From an uncultured Actinomycetes bacterium (GTDB taxonomy: Bacteria; Actinomycetota; Thermoleophilia; Gaiellales; JAICJC01), in the NCBI GenBank assembly GCA_963757605.1, contig CAVWSF010000001.1, positions 537,531-601,530 of the forward strand: DNA of 64,000 bases. The letters are read 5' to 3'. Shown one piece after another: positions 61,166 to 64,000 of this stretch. A program made the translations under genes and the position numbers. The notes below the pieces were generated by a model. It saw nothing but the letters and a program-made list of their open reading frames with translations. It had not been told where the DNA came from and did not search any database. The first letter of the stretch is position 1, and every line of letters begins with the position of its first letter.

Positions 61166-64000
61166 CTAGGCCTTTGCGATGGTCAGCTCGGAGCCCGGCT
61201 CGACCGAGACCGCCAGCGTCTCGGCGGCGATCCAGTCGCGGTGCTCCGTGAACGCGCGCGTGATGTCGCCGTCGCGCTCCGGATAGGTGAGCCGGATGCG
61301 GTCGGTGATCTCGAGGCCGGCGTCCTTGCGCATGTCCTGGATCTGGCGGATGAGGTCGCGCACCACGCCCTCGAGCTTGAGCTCGGGAGTGATCTCGGCG
61401 TCGAGCGCGACCACGAAGCCGTCGCCGTCGGTCACCGCGAACCCCTCGCGCGCGCGGCTTCGCAGCTCGAACTCGCCCGGCTCGAGCGTCCAGTCGCCGA
61501 CCTGCACGCGGTCGCCGCGCAGCTCGAACTGGTTCTCGCGCAGGAGGCCGCGGATCATCGCCAGGTCGCGGCCGTGCTTGGGGCCGAGCACCTTGAGCAG
61601 CGGCACCACCTCTGTCTGCGCGAACTCCTCCGCCGACGTGGCGAGCCGGACCGCCTTCACGCCCAGCTCGGCGCCGATCAGGTCGACGTGCTCGCCCACC
61701 TGGCGGCGGCGGTCGCCGTGGTCGGTCGCGACGATGACCTCCGCGAGCGGCTGGCGCAGCTTGAGGTTGGCCTCCGAGCGCGCCCGGCGGCCGAGCTCCA
61801 CCACCGTCCGCACGGACTCGAGCGCCGCGACCAGGCCCTCGTCGTCGAGCGCGGTTGCCGGCTCGGGATAGCCGGCCAGGTGGACGCTCGGCTCGGCATC
61901 GGCGCACGCCCCGCGCACGAGGTTCTGCCACAGCTCGTCGGCCAGGAACGGCATCACCGGCGCCACGCAGCGGATCGCCTGGACGAGCGCGTACCAGAGC
62001 GTCGCGTGCGCCGCCCGGGTCGAGACCTCGTCGTCGGACTTCCAGAAGCGCGACCGCGAGAGCCGCACGTACCAGTTCGAGAGGTCGTCGACGTGCGCCT
62101 CGAACGCGCGCACCAACCGGGGCGAGTCATAGGTGTCGAGCGCCGCCCGGCACTCGCGCACGAGGCCCTGCGTGCGGGCGACGACCCAGCGGTCGAGCGG
62201 CTGCATGCCCTCGGCCGGCGGGCCGTCATCGAGCGTCGAGACCTCCGGCTGGAAGTCGTTGATCCCCGCGTAGGTGACGAAGAAGGCATAGGTGTTCCAC
62301 AGCGTGAGCAGCCGCTTCTTCACGTCGCCCGCCCGCCCGTACCCGAAGTTCAGGTTCTGGGCCGGCGGCTGGGCGGCGTACATCCAGCGCATGACGTCGG
62401 CGCCCATCTCCTCGATCGCGTCCTCGAACCAGATGGCGTTGCCCCACGACTTGTGCATGGGGCGGCCGGTCTCGTCGTTCACCTTCTCGTAGGTGAGCAC
62501 CCGCCGGTACGGCGAGCGGCCGTCCAGCGTGACCCCCATGAAGAGCATCGAGTAGAACCAGAGCCGGATCTGCTCGCGCATCTCCGACACCCAGTCGGCC
62601 GGGTACCACTTGTCCCAGTGCGCCTGGTCGGGGAGGTCGGCAACCGTCACCCCGACGCCCGCGCCCTCGGCGTAGCCCGCCTCGACGAATGCCTCGTTGT
62701 GCCAGCCGAGCGTCGAGAACGGGACGATGCCGGCGTCGAGCCAGGCATCGCCGACGTCGGCGACCCGGCGCGCGTCCCCGGCGCACTGGCCGCAGCGGAT
62801 CACGACATCGTCGATCCAGGGCCGGTGCAGCTCCTCGAGCCCCTCGGTGCCGCGCACGGCCCGCTCCTGGAGCTCGGCCTTCGACCCGACCACGGTCAGG
62901 TGACCGTCCTCGCAGAAGTAGAACGGCAGCGGCAGGCCCCAGTAGCGCTTGCGGCTGATGCACCAGTCGCCCATGTTGCGCAGCCAGTCCTCCATGCGCT
63001 TCGCGTACTGGGGCGGTGTCCACTCCACGCCGCGGGCGGCGTCGATCATCGGCTGGCGGATCTCGTCGCAGCCGATGAACCACTCGTCCACCAGCCGGTA
63101 GATGAGCTCGGTGCCGCAGCGCCAGCAGACGGGGTAGCGGTGCGTGATCTCGCCGTCGGCGACGAGCCGGCCGCGCTGGCCCAGGTCGTCGACGATCATC
63201 TGGGCGGCCTCGGCGGTAACGTGGCCGTGCAGCCAGCCGTACCCGCCGACGAACGCGCCGGCCTCGTCGACCGGGATGAGCGGCTCGAGCCCCTCGCGCT
63301 TTCCGAGCTCGAAGTCCTCCTCGCCGCAGCCGGGGGCGATGTGGACGATGCCGGTGCCCTCCTCCATCGACACGTCGTCCCAGGCCACGACCCGGTTCTC
63401 GAACCCCTGCTGGGCGGGCAGCTCGTCGAACGGCGCCGTGTAGGTGAGCCCCACGAGCTCCGACCCGCGCACCGTGCCGAGCACCTCGCCCCGGATCGGA
63501 TTCGCCTCCAGGCGGGAGGCGGCGACGATCGCGACGCCGGCCCCAGTCTGGACGCGCGCGTACTCGGCGTCGGGCCGGACGGCGGCGGCGACGTTGGCCG
63601 GGAGCGTCCACGGCGTCGTCGTCCACACGACCAGGTACTCACGGTCGCGGCCCTGGAGCGGCAGGCGGACGTGCAGCGACGGGTGGGTCAGGTCCTTGTA
63701 GGAGTCGATCAGCTCGTGCTGGGAGAGCGACGTCCCGCAGCGCGGGCACCACGGCATCGAGCGGTGGCCCTGGTAGAGCCAGCCGCGCTCGTTGCAGACC
63801 TGCAGGAAGCCCCAGATGTAGGAGATGTTCGGGTCGGTCATCGTGTAGTACGACCGCTCCCAGTCCATCCACTGGCCCAGCCGCTTCGACTGGGCAGTCA
63901 GGTCGCCGGAGAAGTGCGCCACCCGGTCGCGGCATGCGCGCGAGAACCGGTCGAGCCCGTACTCCTCGATCTCGCGCTTCGAGTTGAGGCCGAGCTCCTT
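61166..64000 (-). CDS. ileS: isoleucine--tRNA ligase, 5' end beyond the window
   Basis: The frame is open to the window edge. Blocks HRSMPWCPRCGTSLS, WTTTPWTLPAN and KMHKS-type (PMHKSWGN). Long C-terminal extension. Confidence 0.95.
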   Translation of the reverse strand, partial: KELGLNSKREIEEYGLDRFSRACRDRVAHFSGDLTAQSKRLGQWMDWERSYYTMTDPNISYIWGFLQVCNERGWLYQGHRSMPWCPRCGTSLSQHELIDSYKDLTHPSLHVRLPLQGRDREYLVVWTTTPWTLPANVAAAVRPDAEYARVQTGAGVAIVAASRLEANPIRGEVLGTVRGSELVGLTYTAPFDELPAQQGFENRVVAWDDVSMEEGTGIVHIAPGCGEEDFELGKREGLEPLIPVDEAGAFVGGYGWLHGHVTAEAAQMIVDDLGQRGRLVADGEITHRYPVCWRCGTELIYRLVDEWFIGCDEIRQPMIDAARGVEWTPPQYAKRMEDWLRNMGDWCISRKRYWGLPLPFYFCEDGHLTVVGSKAELQERAVRGTEGLEELHRPWIDDVVIRCGQCAGDARRVADVGDAWLDAGIVPFSTLGWHNEAFVEAGYAEGAGVGVTVADLPDQAHWDKWYPADWVSEMREQIRLWFYSMLFMGVTLDGRSPYRRVLTYEKVNDETGRPMHKSWGNAIWFEDAIEEMGADVMRWMYAAQPPAQNLNFGYGRAGDVKKRLLTLWNTYAFFVTYAGINDFQPEVSTLDDGPPAEGMQPLDRWVVARTQGLVRECRAALDTYDSPRLVRAFEAHVDDLSNWYVRLSRSRFWKSDDEVSTRAAHATLWYALVQAIRCVAPVMPFLADELWQNLVRGACADAEPSVHLAGYPEPATALDDEGLVAALESVRTVVELGRRARSEANLKLRQPLAEVIVATDHGDRRRQVGEHVDLIGAELGVKAVRLATSAEEFAQTEVVPLLKVLGPKHGRDLAMIRGLLRENQFELRGDRVQVGDWTLEPGEFELRSRAREGFAVTDGDGFVVALDAEITPELKLEGVVRDLIRQIQDMRKDAGLEITDRIRLTYPERDGDITRAFTEHRDWIAAETLAVSVEPGSELTIAKA

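Noticed and set aside
57901-61251. 1116-aa ORF on the plus strand
   Set aside because: It runs out of frame through ispH and antisense to the sigma, partner and epimerase genes. The composition is Arg/Pro/Gly-rich with no motifs. The real genes are supported by strong signatures.
1-64000. CRISPR arrays, rRNA or tRNA genes, transposases, integrases, phage or toxin-antitoxin modules
   Set aside because: I looked for regularly spaced direct repeats, conserved RNA motifs and characteristic protein motifs in all frames and found none. The apparent repetitiveness of many six-frame translations (poly-Arg/Gly/Pro) reflects GC content, not DNA repeats.

Overview
High-GC actinobacterial-type chromosomal window. 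Hand counts on single 60-nt lines give about 73-82% GC in the core and 62-70% in a few patches. It is densely coding on both strands. I saw no rRNA, tRNA, CRISPR array, transposase or phage genes.

Layout:
- 0-7.1 kb: a slightly lower-GC block. It holds a decayed MacAB-like efflux operon (adaptor and ATPase full of frameshifts, permease intact) and a divergent type-I sulfatase / formylglycine-generating-enzyme pair (the FGE is frameshifted).
- 7-21 kb: a mixed set. YkvA/DUF1232, two DUF7144 membrane paralogs, frameshifted glgP, an aldo-keto reductase, queF next to a YhhQ-type transporter, an M24 peptidase, aldehyde dehydrogenase + DUF779, Mop, and a MarR-MFS pair.
- 21-40 kb: a large cyclic-amide (hydantoin / dihydropyrimidine / ureide) catabolic supercluster. 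It has two DHOase-superfamily cyclic amidohydrolases, a hydantoin-type racemase, an M20 carbamoylase, a TetR gene, a peptide-type ABC importer and many SDR/MDR dehydrogenases.
- 41-51 kb: a six-gene translationally coupled operon (OsmC, GST, PuuE-like, QOR, VOC, Gfo/Idh/MocA) divergent from a GntR gene, then an M20 / aminotransferase / TPP-enzyme operon.
- 51-64 kb: housekeeping and envelope genes (DsbA-like, histidine phosphatase, L,D-transpeptidase, HAD-GH65 fusion, CAP-domain protein, ispH, ECF sigma with partner, epimerase, ileS).

Most notable observations:
- A two-gene module occurs twice in the supercluster: a divergent TudS/DUF523-like Cys-rich protein followed by a small acidic partner of unknown function.
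- A 209-bp element bounded by perfect 23-bp inverted repeats fills the GntR/OsmC divergent promoter region.
- At least seven genes carry frame disruptions (about 14 indels in total). This is either real decay or assembly error, and I cannot tell which from the sequence alone.
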